Made by a program: the position numbers and the translations under genes. A stretch of DNA of 64,000 bases from Octopus vulgaris (taxonomy: Eukaryota), in contig OX597815.1 in assembly GCA_951406725.2 (NCBI GenBank), forward strand, positions 39,060,001-39,124,000, written 5' to 3'. Of the stretch, positions 1-13,966 are shown one piece after another. The stretch's first letter is position 1. The number at the start of each line of letters is the position of its first letter. The notes beneath the pieces are model-generated. The model was not told where the DNA came from, did not search any database, and saw only the letters and a program-made list of their open reading frames with translations.

Positions 1-1389
1 CATACATTCAAAATAGTATTGAAAAAATATATATATATACATATTTTAAACAAAAGCTAGAAGAATGTGTAACAAACTTTTATCTGTTAACTGTATGAAC
101 AACTGGGAGAGCAGCCAGCTCAAACTATTAAAAATACAGCACAGATACACATTCACTATTTGTAACTTACATATGATTTTTTTGTGATACACTATTGTAA
201 ACTTCAATTTAAAGTGAGGGCAGTCAGTTGCATTAGAATTAAGAGGCATCTACTATTCTTTGGAAAAGGACAGTAAATTTGAACTTATGACCACATAAAG
301 ACTGTGACCTCATTGCAAATACAATTTATATATTTTATTTTATTTCCATTTTTTATTAATAAAATTAAGGATATGCCTCAAATTATATTAAAATGGAGAA
401 AAAAATTGAGTGGCTTACATAAATAATGTTGCAACCCAGTACAGGTAGCCAATTAGAATATCTTAAGTGGCAGTAGTTTAATGAATTCTAAATTATACAC
501 AGGAAAATCTTGTTTTTCTGGGTTTTTTAAAAATCTTTCCTTTAGTTAAAAAAAGTAACAGACTGTAAGATATGAATCCATGCCCCTGACTTTAATAATC
601 TGCCCACGGAGTTCATTTTCCAGAAAAAAGAAAAAAACGAACGAGATTGCAAGATCTCAAACTCTTCCAGTTGACAGCATTTTATGGTGAAGATGATGCG
701 CTCTGGTTGCATATGCTATGACACCATTTATAAACATAAGCCACTCTTTTGAATTGTAAGAACAGAGTTAGAGAATGTATCAAGGAGCCTTGCTATAGAA
801 ATATATGTCACTAAATGGCAAGGATCTAATCTGATGCTATGTTAGATTTAGCAAGAATTTAAACCACTTCCTCCACTTTTCTCTCCCATTACTCCCCCTC
901 ATCTATCATTCATTGACATTCATATTATCACCATCATGTAACTATCTAACATACACATACACTTCCTCATCCATTCTCATGTTCTACACCCTTTTGTGAC
1001 TTGCATTCTTATTTTTTTCCATCATTCTCTTGTGTTTGTTATTCCCCATTTCTCTTCTTTCCATCCTTTTAGTCATGCTATTTCTATTCAATATTTTTAC
1101 CAACAACCCTAATGTAGCTGCTTCTGGGATGTTTCTATCTAATTCCCTCATCATCAGCCAACATGTTACTATTTACACACCTCTCTCTCTCTCACTTATT
1201 ACACTTCTGCTCTGACTCTCCTTGTTCTCACCTGCTTGCTTTCCATCACCCTTACCCTCTGCTGTCTCTCCTTCCTATCCCAGCAGACTCACTAGTTTTG
1301 TCAGGGATGAAACAACCTAAGGCAGAAAAAGACTCTCTAGTCTTGTCAGAAACAAAACAATCTCTCTAGTACCAGCTACATAGGATGTT

Positions 1390-2360
1390 CATTTAAGATT
1401 TCATCGTATACCAAAAGAAACTGTCGATGAGATGAGAGAAGTTTATGGTGATGATGTACCATCACATGATGTAATCAAGCACTGGCATTGCCAGTTCAAA
1501 TGTGGTTGGACATCGGTGGAAACTGCTCCTATTCTTGGATGACGACACCATCCATAAAGTGGAAACCACCATTTCAGAGGGTCACCGCATAACTATTCAG
1601 CAACTAGCCCAAAAAGTGAATATAAGTGAAGGGTCCATGGAAAAAATCATTCACGACCATTTGCACACACACAAGTTGTCTGCATGATGGATTCCCCAGA
1701 TACTCACACCTTTTCAGAAGCAGGAACAAGTCAATTGCTCCCAGGCTCTTTTGGCAATGTGCCAAGAAAAGGACTTTTTCAGCAGACTTACACAGGATGA
1801 AATATGGGTCCATCACTATGATCCTGACACTAAAGTCTAGTCAAAGCAATGGAAGGATGATAACTCACCACCTCCAAAGAAGGCTCATGTCCAGACCTCA
1901 ACAGGCAAGGTGATGCTCAGTCTTTTGGGACCAGCGTAGAGTAGTGATGATGGATTTTCTGGCAAAGGGCACCACAATTATTATGCCTCTCTGCTGCAGA
2001 AATTGCAGGAGGCTATCAAAGCAGAGAGGTGTGGCATACTGACCAAAGGAGTCCACCTCCTCCAAGACAACACTTCAGTCCACAATGCACATGTTGCCCA
2101 GATGAAAGCACACTCCTGCAGCTATGAAATCCTTCCTCATTCCCATTACTCTCCCAACCTCACATCATCTGACATCCACCTCTTTCCAACCATGAAGTCT
2201 TTTTTTGAAGGGGAGGCACTTTTTGGATGATGATGAACTTCTTTCTGAGGTAAAGTCTTGGTTCTAGAAACAACCTACCAACGTCTATAGATGAGGTTTT
2301 CACAGTTGCATAAAGCAATGGGAGAAGTGTGTCACTTTTGGTAGTGGCTATGTAGGAGAA
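1390..2360 (+). mobile_element. Decayed mariner (Tc1/mariner) transposase
   Basis: Frameshifted fragments include QDEIWVHHYDP, HLLQDNTSVH and HYSPNLTSSDIHLFP (mariner YSPDLAPSD motif); multiple stops. Boundaries approximate. Confidence 0.85.
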
Positions 2361-3384
2361 ATTTTAAATGAACACCCCCTCATACATGATTAAATGCACC
2401 CAGTGCACCTTGTGAAGTAATTGGTGATAGGATGAGCATCCAACCACAGACCATAACAAAATGGAATAGAGAAGCAACACACTTGCTGATCAGTTCAGGT
2501 GGGCAGTAACTGAATACCAGAAGGGAAAAGCCAACGTAAAATGATGACAAAAATGCCATGGTTAAGAACAAATGACAATAAGGATGACTGCACAACTCTT
2601 ACATTGTAGCTTTCTTTTATAGAATGAAGTGAATACAAAAAAAAAAAAAGCAAAATATAAGCTTACAATCCATTAGATGGAAACCAGAACATTATTTATT
2701 TGACATTTCTAACAGCTACAATAAAAATTATTAAATGAAATTGTTTTTGTGACACCACATGAAATATGACTAAAAGAGATGCCTGTAGAAATAATGGGGA
2801 AATGTTGGAAGTTTGCATGGCACACAGAAAAGGTGCATATTTAATTACAACAACTGTTTCTACTTTGGGCACAAGGCTGGGAATTTTGTAGTGAGGGGTT
2901 AAGCAATTAAATCACCTTTGATATGACTGGAGGGATGAAAGAAAAAGTTGACTTCGATGGGATTTGAACTAAGAATGTAAAGAGTACCACAGGATATTTT
3001 ATCCAAAACAATCTACCACCCTAATACCAAATTTAAGCACAACTTTAAAACTCACTAGACAGGAAAGAGAGACAACACAGGAAAAAGAAGACTCTAGTCT
3101 TGTCAAGAATGAAAAACTGCAAGAAAGCAGATTTTGTCTGATGTTGTAATAATTCTGCCAATTTATCACCCTTTATAATAATGGTAAAAGGCACAACACT
3201 TGATATTTTGAGAGAAGGGCTAGTTGATTAAAATCAATCTCAGGACTTCCTTGGTACTTTATTGACCCCAAAGGAACAAAACGGTAAAGAGCAAGGACAA
3301 ATATAGCAACAAATTTGTTCTATTGATCCTGCTAGCATGACGCTCAATAATAATAATGATAAAAAAAAACAATAATAAAGATAA

Positions 3385-3640
3385 ATGAAAGACAAGGTCA
3401 CTTGCATATTTGAAGCACCTCAAACTTCTTTTGAAGTCATAAAGTCAAAACTCAATGAAAGAAATCTTGTGATTGCCATCAACATATGGGCTGTTGCTAT
3501 AGTCTGCCCTAGTGCATCCATTCTAAAATGGACACGAGCAAGGATTGACCAACTTAATCACACTACCTGAAAGATGATGACAATGCCAAATGTACACAGG
3601 CTCTATGTGAAAAGGGTCGAGAGTGGACATGATTTCTGTT
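3385..3640 (+). mobile_element. Fragment of an R4/Dong-like non-LTR retrotransposon ORF
   Basis: KSKLNERNLVIAINIWAVAIV...LKWTRARIDQL...VHRLYVKR resembles the post-RT region of R4-clade elements; recognised from memory, not searched. Confidence 0.55.
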
Positions 3641-3789
3641 CATATGTATACAGCATGGGAAATATATTTTGATATATGCAAACAGTAATTCAAAGTGAAT
3701 CCTCTGACTTTATAATTATGATCAAGAATATGTAATATCAAAATTGCTTCATTAGAAAATAATTATAACTCTTGTTGAACTCTATTCCC

Positions 3790-3795
3790 TTTATT
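3790..3795 (-). terminator. Candidate polyadenylation signal (AATAAA) for MYPT
   Basis: tttatt on the + strand about 420 nt downstream of the stop, near the end of a repeat-free stretch; the hexamer is common in AT-rich DNA. Confidence 0.3.
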
Positions 3796-4211
3796 CCCAA
3801 TAGTAAGGGAAGACTTCATAGCATGTCTAGTGGATTATGCTGCAGTATGTTATAAATATATCTGGAAATCAATATGATGATGAGGATGGTGATGACAATG
3901 GCAGTGATGGTGATTTTGTGTTGGTGCCAATGCACCTGAGTGTTGTAAATAGAAAAGAGACACAGAGCAATTTGTGAATCACGGAAGCTGTTAAGTATTG
4001 CTGGAACATTCTAAAAGAATATCGTTAAGGTCCAGAGAGGTAAACCAAACAAGGAACACTAAGCGTGAGTCAAAGTACCATGCTGGTTGTCAGTTGTACT
4101 AGAGACTGAAACTTGAGAGATCCATTTAATAATAAGAACTGGTTATCATGCTGGGTTTCACAATCAATTGGAAAGGTTGTTTGATGTTATCTCGAGATAC
4201 ACTGAATTTAC

Positions 4212-4298
4212 CTATCTGGAGAGTTTGGAGATGACCCGAGCCAGAGCTCGATTTTCTTCCTTAACTTTTGCGTTCTCCGCTTTTAACTTTTCATGTTG
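4212..4298 (-). CDS. PPP1R12A: Last coding exon of MYPT: C-terminal leucine zipper (PKG-interaction region) and stop
   Basis: QHEKLKAENAKVKEENRALARVISKLSR*, resembling MYPT1 [24 protein letters not shown]; acceptor tattctttccag; TAG at 4212-4214. Confidence 0.93.
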   Translation of the reverse strand, partial: QHEKLKAENAKVKEENRALARVISKLSR

Positions 4299-4778
4299 CT
4301 GGAAAGAATAAACAAGCTGTAACAGGGGAAAGCAAAACAAACAGGAGAGGAGAAAACAATTATACATAAAGCAAGGATAACCAAAAAAGAAAAACCAGGC
4401 TCCAAACAGGGGAGTGTGATCTACTAACTAAAACTTTAATGCATGAAAGTTGAAACACTTCAGAAGGAAAAGTAATATAACCGTTATTACAAAATATAAA
4501 TAGCAAACCAGGCTAGTTGCCTAAAGCTGTGTGTGCGCATACATATTTATATATATAATGTAATATGTATATGCATTCCCTCACATTCTATACTATGTGC
4601 TTATTTATTTTGGTAGTTTTGACTTTAAGAGTCCCTCCTAGCATGTGGCATTTATGTATAGTAATGCCCTCTATATAATATAAATATATTTAAGAGAAAA
4701 ATTTATGTTTTTTTTTTCTTATGAGGTTTTCCACGCTAACTACTTGATAAATTCTTATAAAGGTTTTATCCTATTTTT

Positions 4779-4820
<42 letters not shown>

Positions 4821-5149
4821 AAGTGTAAACAAAATTTTTGATGTCAAAAAAGGTTTACTGAAAAACTTTAGCAATGGAATTGATGGTTTTTTTTGTTCAT
4901 TCTTGTCTGTCACAAGTGTGGGCTAATCTCCTTAATCTACCCAGCACCTAAAACTATCCTTTTCCTGTTAGGTATTTGACTTCAGGGATATCAACACTTA
5001 TGCTAGTATGATAAAAGGTAGATGGATGTCAGAATAAGAGCTAGACCATGAGACATTAGATAATCTGGAGAAGAGAAGTATAGAAGATGGGAAGTCTCAC
5101 TGTTAGACCTAAGTACAAAGAAGTCCTAGGCTAAATATGTCAAAAATAG

Positions 5150-6620
5150 ACAAACTTGCAGCAGAGAGGAGACCTAGAAGTTTCCAGACAACATGATGGA
5201 AAGTACAGTAAAGGTATACAGCTAACATACAAGCCTGTAGATATTAAAAGAGAGAGGGGGAACTATATCTGATATCTATAAGAGAAACTAGATGTCAGAT
5301 ATGTGTAGCACAGAGGGAAACTGAAAGTAAGGGGTTTGACAGTATTCTAGCATGAGAGAGTTAGAAGTCTAGAGAACTCCAAGCAGTGGCAGTATGAATC
5401 AAGATATCACAGAAGTGTCTTTGAATGTCAGTGGTGCAGTTACCCTTACAGATGGTGCTGAATGTGGAGAATGCATGGAGAAAGAAGAAATATTCCAAGA
5501 AGACCTAACAGAGGGATCATCTATAGAAGTTGACTAAAGAAGGTAGAGGGGCCACCAGAGATAGTTTGAGCTACAGAAAATATTCAGTGAAGTAGGGTTG
5601 CACAGTTAATTAGTACACCATAGTGTTATACACAGTGACTGGCATAGCAGTTTCATCATCAACTGCTTCAAAGGCAAAGAAAATTTTCTAGAAAGGAGCA
5701 ACTGCAGAAATATCAACTGATGGACTATGAAAAGTCACTGATAAAGCCTTCTTTCTAGTAAGACAGCTGCAAGAGAAACTTAGCAAAGAGCAAGTAACTA
5801 TACCTAACATTCATGGATCTAAAAGGTTTGACAGGGTACAACACTTTGTGGTATAGAAGTTTTCAAAAAGCTACAAGCAGATGAATAACTTGTGAAAGCC
5901 ATACAACCCATATAAAGAGAAGCTTTCAGCAAAAGGAAAGCAATAATTACAATTAATGATTTTAATGAACACGTGAAAGTCCATCAGAGATTGGTTTTCA
6001 GCCACCTACTCTGTTATAATTCTACAGGTCATAACAATGGAGTTTAAAAGAGCAGCTGTCTGTGGAAATGATGTATGTCAAAGATAAATTCTTTCAAATA
6101 TTCAAAAGGCTCCACTGAAGTATTTTCACACCTAAGTAGTGAAATAAGAAATAGAGGTGAGTACTTCAAGATCATAGCAGCTAGGATTAAAATAGTGGCG
6201 AAGTTTATGAAACAAAAGAGTGATTCAATCCATGAGTAAAGAGGGAAATTTAATGTACGATACATGTATGCAAGATATGATGGTGTCAAATGCTAACAAA
6301 ATGGGTAATGAGCATTGAGGATGGAAAAAATGAGGCAATTGTGCTCCACTGGATGTATAATATTAGTAAATATGAACAGAATTCAAATGAGTTGAGACAA
6401 AAATTCCATCAAAAGAAGAATCAGATGAAGCCTCAAAAGAGGAGACTGCAACTGTACTGTCTGTATGAAAAATGACAGTTGAGTAAAAAGGTTCGGAGCT
6501 ATATAAGTAGTAGGGACCTGTAGAAGGCCAAATTTGATTGGGGAAGAAATGGCTGATCTCAGAATAATAAACTTCACTAAGGAGTGATGAGTAATGGCAA
6601 CTAATGGTAAGATATTATGT
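5150..6620 (+). mobile_element. Highly decayed RTE-like LINE reverse transcriptase remnant
   Basis: Purine-rich segment with eroded RT motifs (KRFDRV near 5821; VKVHQRLVFSHLL near 5973, cf. GVHQGSVLSPLL). Boundaries approximate. Confidence 0.5.
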
Positions 6621-9325
6621 GGGAGAGGCCCTGTCCCATGAATTTACATATAGAAAAACAAACATGTAAATTATGAGATAGAAGAGCAGGGAGCATTAGT
6701 AGGAAAGATAATAGCATGTCTGGACATATTTCTGCTGACTCTCTGTTTCCTGCAGTTAAAAGTTACTTTTATGGATTATACCCCAAATACGGACTTTTGC
6801 TTTCTTTTTTTTTAACTCATTTTTGGCAGATTTCGGCTCTATTCTCCTTCAACCAACTAAAATTTTCATGTAGAGAAAACAGAAATAAATATAAACAGAA
6901 ACTTTTATGATTTTTAAAAGTATAACTTGACTACATTAAACAACAAATAACAAAGGATTTCTATTGTAAATTTTTTTAAAAATAAAAATCAAGAATTTTG
7001 CAGGTGTTCTAATTTATCTTTATCAGAAGCAGCCATATTATATGTATTTAGAATAGAGAGAGTGTGTGTGTGTGTGTGTGTGCGTGCATGTGATTCTAGC
7101 AGTAGGAGTCATATGCTTTAACTTTAAATTGCATGGCTAAAGAAAGATAAACTTGTAATCCATGAAAACTTTTAGCTTCAGCCCAATTGTATCAAGTGAC
7201 AGAATTAAATTACTTAGGCACTACTTGTGATGGTATCGAATACTTTTCCACCTATTTGATACCATAACAGAAAAATATATTCAATGTAAACCCCCAATAA
7301 ATTTAAAATCATTAATGCTCCAGTCACTGCCCCCAGCCCTTCAAGCCATCAATAAAGTATATAATAGTGAAGACAAGGCATATATAAGTAATTACTAAAA
7401 TTGCAAGTATGTTCATCTATAAAATATGCATTCAATTTAATCCACTTCATTGGTGTATAAATAAGTCAACTTTTATTTGTACAAATGCTGTTTCAATTAG
7501 CAGCAGCTCTTGATCAGTGAACATTATAAAACTAATAACTTTACTGATTTGAGCAAGAAGATATTTAAAAGATACTAGCAGTTTGTCAAGAATTTTTATG
7601 TGGACACACTGGTTGGGGAGTCAAAATTCAGTGTAATAAACCAGTCTCTAAATTGTTTTAATGGATTTAGAACATTATGCTAGAAGACATAATATAGTGC
7701 TTTTCGGATTATTTTATCCAAATTCTGACAAGCTACTGCTTCAAATATAATTATTAGATAAAGTTTATCACACCAATAGACTACATAAAAGAGATAAATT
7801 ATCTTAAATATACCAATAACAAATCATTGATATTTGAAAAGTTCAGATGCACTGTTGGTATACAAGAAAGTTAATAATGGAAATTATAGAGAATATTCAT
7901 AGAAGTCAAATAACCACAGGCTAATTGAGGTCAAAAGTTGCTTGAATAAGAAACTTTGCAATTACTTAAAGAGTTTCATTTATGTTAAAATAAATTATTT
8001 GTAATATTTGTAATCTTAGTTAAAATAAATTCTAATTGCCAGAAAAATATTGAGGATTGAATTCAATAAGTCAAAATTTGTTGTATACATTGATTAAGAA
8101 GGGAGCCAGTTAATTGTTTATCTTTGGATTAAAATCACACTGTGCACTCAGAAGCTAAAAGACCATAGAATAGTTATATTTACTTTGAAAATTTACACTG
8201 CATTAGCTTCATAGTTGAGTAATGAAATTAGAAATCAGAGTGGCTTATCTTCAGGCTTCGGTGGCAAGGTTATCAGAGAGCTACCATGCAAACATCGTGC
8301 TAATTATATGGAGCAATTAAAATCAAATTGTATGAAAGTAGTCAGGAATATTATTATAACGGAAAACTATAGGGTTCACTCCAGACCAAAAAAAAGTTTT
8401 GGCTACTCATGCAAGGGAAAGAAATGTCCAGAACTCTGTTAATTTTAACAGAAGTTTTGATAGTCAAGATAAAAAAGACATTCCTACAATTGAGATAAAC
8501 AAAAAAGAAATGGGGAAAAAAACAATTTGTTTTAATTTTTATTTTAGATGAGAAATAGCTTTAATATTAAAAAAATAATTCCATTTCCTTTTCCTGACTC
8601 AGGAAAATTTTTGGAAATATTTAGTACAACTGTTAATAAATCACAAGGAAAAAAAAAAAAAAAAAACACATCCCAGTCCGGGTGAAATATTGAAATTTCC
8701 CTTTTTCAGTTGCGATGCTGGGTAAAAATAACCATACAAAATTTGTGAAAAACTTCAAAACAAAAAATAAGATCATTTTAACAAATATTTGTAGTTTATT
8801 ATTAAGGAAAAAAACAGAAAGCATTAAACAAATTATACCAAAGATTAATCCCTTACTAATTGAAAGTAGATATAAAACAAAGAATGAAGATAGAGAGACA
8901 ACAAATACAACTTGATCTAATGTAGAGGATGAAGATGTAAAGCAATTGGAATAATGATGAGGATAAATAAAACATATGATGGATATCATATTGAGATACA
9001 AGGATGTTATAAGCAGTATGAAATTTGGTGGAAAGATATATTAGGATATATATGCCACAGTTTTTTTATTCATGCTAACTAGTGGACACTTACATAGTAA
9101 ATGACCAACTGATACTAACTAATAGTTTTAGTTAAATACTTGTATCTGTACAGAAAAAATAAAATAGGATAAAAATAATCACAATGAGGAACAATTTGCA
9201 TTGAATATTGTCATCAAAGACGAAAGAAACTGGTCACTTTAGAAATTGCACAAAAGAATTTAGTAAGATTTACAGAAAAGATTATAATATACAATATTAA
9301 GTGAATTTGTAACTGATCTACATAT

Positions 9326-9805
9326 TCATGGCTCTGGGATTGAAATTCCCTGTGCACCGGTGTACCCTGTAAGTTTCATATTCAGTTTTGGATGCTGGTA
9401 GCACAGGGCCTGGAATTTTTCAGCATCAAACTGCATATTATCATCCTCAGCCCATCTGTAAATTGAGTCCAACTCCTGCTGCAGGTGTGCAACATCGCTG
9501 GGGTTCTGTATTTTCTGCGAGACTTTCGTATCATCTGCATAGCTTGCCAGAGTTGCTATCCGGGCATTTGAGAGCATATCTGAGAGGGCCACTATAAAAA
9601 GCAGTGGTCCCAAGACAGTGCCCTACGGAACACCACTCACTATTTGTGTGTTCATAGAGGTGGCTCCATTAGCCTATTTTCAGGAAGTCATGTAACCACT
9701 CTGCAAGTTTTCCAGCTATGCCAAGGTCATGCAGATTGTGGCATATCATACCATGATCCACTTTGTCAAAAGCTTTTGCAAAATCAAGGTATATTACGTC
9801 CACAT
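9326..9805 (-). mobile_element. CR1/L2-type LINE reverse transcriptase fragment
   Basis: DVIYLDFAKAFDKVDH, GVP*GTVLGPLLF and SYADDTK motifs across a frameshift and stop. Confidence 0.85.
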
Positions 9806-10575
9806 TTGTCATAATGTTGTAAGTATTATATGTGTATTCATGAATATGGATGTATGTGTATGTTCCAGTATATATGTATATGATTGTTCCAGTATATATG
9901 TATATGCCTGTACGTATGTTCAATTGTACCTATTTATGTATTGATGTACATGTATAGGTGTATACATTTTGCTTATGTATATACATGTGTATGTATATAT
10001 AGATATATATTTATATGTATATATTAAATTGTACATGTATCCTGTTTCATTTATATATTTATATTTTGAAAGTACCTTATAATCTCTGACAAGGCCCATG
10101 GATATATATATATAAGTGCCCCATTTTTAACTGCCAACAACCTCAATATAATTGACAAGTATAGGCACAGAAAATTACTTTTTTCCATAAGCTGAAACAG
10201 CTGTAAGTGATTTTAATGATTCTAACAATTTATGTTAATGTTTTTTTAATAACTATTTGTATTCTTATCTTAAATGTATTGAATTTTATACTGTATATAT
10301 GTATGTTATTATGGTTGTAGTTTTGTTAATCAAATAAGACAACATGCTAATATCCTAAAGCTGATAAACCAACTAATGTGTTTCTCCATTTTCTTATTTG
10401 TAATATAAATCAATGGTAAAATATTTCTTTACCTTCACCCATTTAATACAATGAGTTCATTGCATTGCAATTAAAAACACTTGTGTATTAATAATTTGGG
10501 TAGTATACCAACAGTATATTGGACAAGTATTATCCCTTAGAGGGTTGGATCCACAACCCCTAACTTATTTAGTGG

Positions 10576-10618
<43 letters not shown>

Positions 10619-10636
10619 TACATAATATATATATCT

Positions 10637-11220
10637 CGTCATCCCATAAGTTCTGTCCGAATTTTGAATACAGAAAACAAGTGATCAAATGATATTTGAT
10701 TAAAATTTAATCATCAATGTACTTTCCCTGATTATCTATGACTTCTGTCCATCTATTTACAAGCTTTTTAATCCCTTCAATGTAAAACACTTTTGGTTTC
10801 AAAGTGAAGAACTCTGAAATGTATCAAGCTCCTCCTGGCTTGCGAAAGTTGTCCCCCAAATGATTCTGTAAACTACAAAATAAATGGTAGTCTGAAGGAG
10901 CAAGGTCAAGAGAAAAAAGTGGAAGAGGAATTTTTTTCCCAACCAAGCTCTTTAAATCGTCTGTGATGTGATCTTTGCAGTGTGGGGCCGCGCATTGTTC
11001 TGGTGAAACATCACTCCTTTTCGATTCACTAAAGCGGATCTTTTTTTACTTTAAAGCTTGGTTCAAACACTCTAAATGCTGACATATATATAAAATAGTT
11101 TGAATTGCAGAAAATGACTAAGCATTTTTCTGACATTTCATTCCATCTGACGCTATCTAGCCGATTTGGTTGTTTGTTTTTTAAATGTTAACTAATACAT
11201 GCTGGTAAACACACCTTAAC
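10637..11220 (-). mobile_element. Decayed mariner element (C-terminal transposase part)
   Basis: Minus-strand SLDLAPSDYHL motif near 10881-10913; begins next to a TA tract. Right boundary approximate. Confidence 0.75.
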
Positions 11221-11414
11221 AGACATATTCATATAAATTGTTAATGCTAAAAACTGAAATAAACTTTGGAATCGAGTTGTCAATTTAGTATTTAATTTAT
11301 CATGGTATTATTATTTTTTAAAGATATTTCTAGCAAAACTAGTTAAAAGCTTTTTCTTTCTTACACTAAAATAAAAATATCACAAATCTTTCTGCTAAAG
11401 CTATAGTCAATATT

Positions 11415-11599
11415 TTACTCTTTTACTTGCTTCAGTTATGTGACTGTGGCCATACTGGAGCACCGACTCCAGGACTTATCCTTTGTAAGCCTTGTACTTA
11501 TTCTATCAGTCTCTTTTGCCAAACCAGTAAGTTACAGGGACATAAGCACACCAGGATCGGTCGTCAAGTGATATTGGGGAGACAAACAGACACACAAAT

Positions 11600-11642
<43 letters not shown>

Positions 11643-11803
11643 CGATGGGCTTCTTTCAGTTTCCATCTACCAAATCCACTCACGGCTTTGGTTGGTTTAA
11701 GGCTATAGCAGAAGACAGTTGCCTAAGGTGTCACGCAGTGGGACTGAACCCGGAACCATTTGGTTCATAAGCAGGCTACTTATCACACAGCCACTCCTAC
11801 GCC
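11415..11803 (-). mobile_element. tRNA-derived SINE, family A (internal CA/TA microsatellite)
   Basis: Head GGCGTAGGAGTGGCTGTGTGATAAG...GGTTCAGTCCC (A/B-box-like), tail (AGTAAAAG)n; closely similar to copies at 38230 and 57685. Confidence 0.85.
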
Positions 11804-13454
11804 TAATTTTTATTAAATTTATGTGGTCACATCATAAGCCTCAGCCTTTTATGTCATTTGTATTTCTCTTAATCTCATAGAAATTCCTCTCACATACCCC
11901 ACTATTTATACTTTGCAACAGAGTCCTTTAACTGGAGAAGGAGCAGATCACCTTGACTTACTGTAGTATGTTATAGACACCTCTATCTCTCCCATTCTAG
12001 ACAAAAGGCTTTTCTATCAATGTGCAAGAGATGTGCAGTGAAGTCAACCAATCTTAGAGAAAAACCACTCTGAATTAGAAACTAATTTAGAGTAAAGAGA
12101 ACTTTTAATCCTGCATGACAGCCTCACTTATGTTAGCAGCACTATAAATAAAGCCAGTTGCTTCTGTAGGTGGTTGTCAAAAGCAAGAATATTTGGTTGA
12201 AAAAACCCATACTCAACAGTACAGTATACTGTTTGTTAACACAAACTGGAGTCTCTATGTAGTTACTTGACCTACTAACAATAGCAGGTAAATTTCCCTC
12301 AAACCTCATCCTACACTCTTTAAAACACAAAAGAAAAGAAAAGGTAACATTGACTATTGTAGTCCTAGAAACACTGTTTGAGAACAAGATATGATGGGGT
12401 CACAGTTGTAACACCACTGAATAGAAATCTGCTGGATCAAGGAAAACATGAAGAGACACAACAAGAATAAAAATAAAATTGGTCTAGTTAGGTTCTTGAT
12501 TTCAGGCCTGTCTTTATTGATGCAATAAATGAGGAATCTAGTAAGATATTTGAAATGCTAAAATATAGAGAGACATATGGGTTGTGCATATGAAGTGAAA
12601 TGTAAAGTCTTCAAAAGTAATATGAGCACAAGATCAGTACACAGTGATGAGGAGTTTATTTTATGTTATATCTTTCCACATATTTTAGCATTCTTTTTAT
12701 TTGTTAAATCATCCAAATAAGAGGAATTCAATAAAAAGGAACAACAGACAGTGATTTGGTCTGATCTACTCCATGTCAACTCCAAGCCCATTGACAAATT
12801 TTTTGCACGTTCCATTAAAAAAAAAAAGAGAGACAAAGGCAATTGGTGATAAATTAATACAGCAAGCTTGTCCAACCTGTGCCATTTATAATATGAATTT
12901 CTATGAGGACTTGTATACAGCAACAAGAGAACACAATATACTGAAAAGATAAAGTGAGGATTGAACCTGCAACTCAAAATTAAAGTTGAGGTCTAAATCA
13001 TATAGGCCCTTTTACAAATTTTCTTCTAATGTTTTAGTTGTACATATAGGCATGAACAACTGATTTTAGAAAAACAATATTTCTTAAAAGTATGGCATCA
13101 ACCCCTGTGAAATGTCATTGCAAAACTAAGGGGAATGAAACTGTACACTATATATAGTTTGGCACCCAACTGGAGAATTGATTAAAAATAAAGATTTCTG
13201 TATTTAACAATGTAAGCATTTCTCCAACTATAGTCATTTAGAAAAACAAATATTGTTAATCATTCAGTCGTGGCCATGCCGAAATACTGCCAGAGATTTT
13301 CTTCAAAAATTCCTCCTCTTCACAGTAGCACTTAATATTCCCTTTATATTTTTCCAGTTTCTGGAGAAAGTGACATTCATCAAAGACACACTAAATCTTA
13401 TGAAGAAGCAACCGAACAATTTTGTTCACTTCACAATAATCTTGGTAAAAAGAA

Positions 13455-13650
13455 ATAATCCTTTCTACTATAGGCACAAGGCCTGAAACTTTGGGGAAAG
13501 GGCTAGTCAATTACATCAACCCCAGTGTGAAACTGGTACTTATTTCATCAACCCTGAAAGGATGAAAGGCAAAGTCAACCTTGGCACAATTTGAATTCAG
13601 AACTAAGACGGATGAAATGCCACTAAACATTTTGCATGGCGTGCTAAATA
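13455..13650 (-). mobile_element. SINE family B copy
   Basis: Reverse-complement match to the element at 54866-55086 (ttgcctttcatcctttc core, gccttgtgcctatagtagaaagg tail). Further decayed copies near 2855-3000, 3130-3290 and 19800-19980. Confidence 0.75.
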
Positions 13651-13915
13651 ATAATAGTAGTTTAGAAATAAGGATGTGAACTGACATATTTTACACAGCA
13701 CACTGAAAATTCTGCAGAAAGTTTCAGTCTTGAGCATTTAAAAAAATAAAATATATTGTAATAAATTTTTGCAATAAAAATATTACGAGTAACAGGGGCT
13801 GAAATTAATTAGATATTTCTCCCCCACCCCATCCCCTGGTAAATTATCATCTAATTATTTTTCAACATTACAGTCAACTTCAACAAGATTTTATCAATGT
13901 AACATTTCTACTTAC

Positions 13916-13966
13916 GACCATTGCAGACTCAAGTTCAGACAATTTCCTCTCCAAAGCCCGTTTTTC
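13916..13966 (-). CDS. PPP1R12A: Penultimate coding exon of MYPT (51 nt, phase 0-0)
   Basis: EKRALERKLSELESAMV, resembling MYPT1 ERRALERRISEMEEE; acceptor attttattgacag, donor GTC|gtaagt. Confidence 0.93.
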
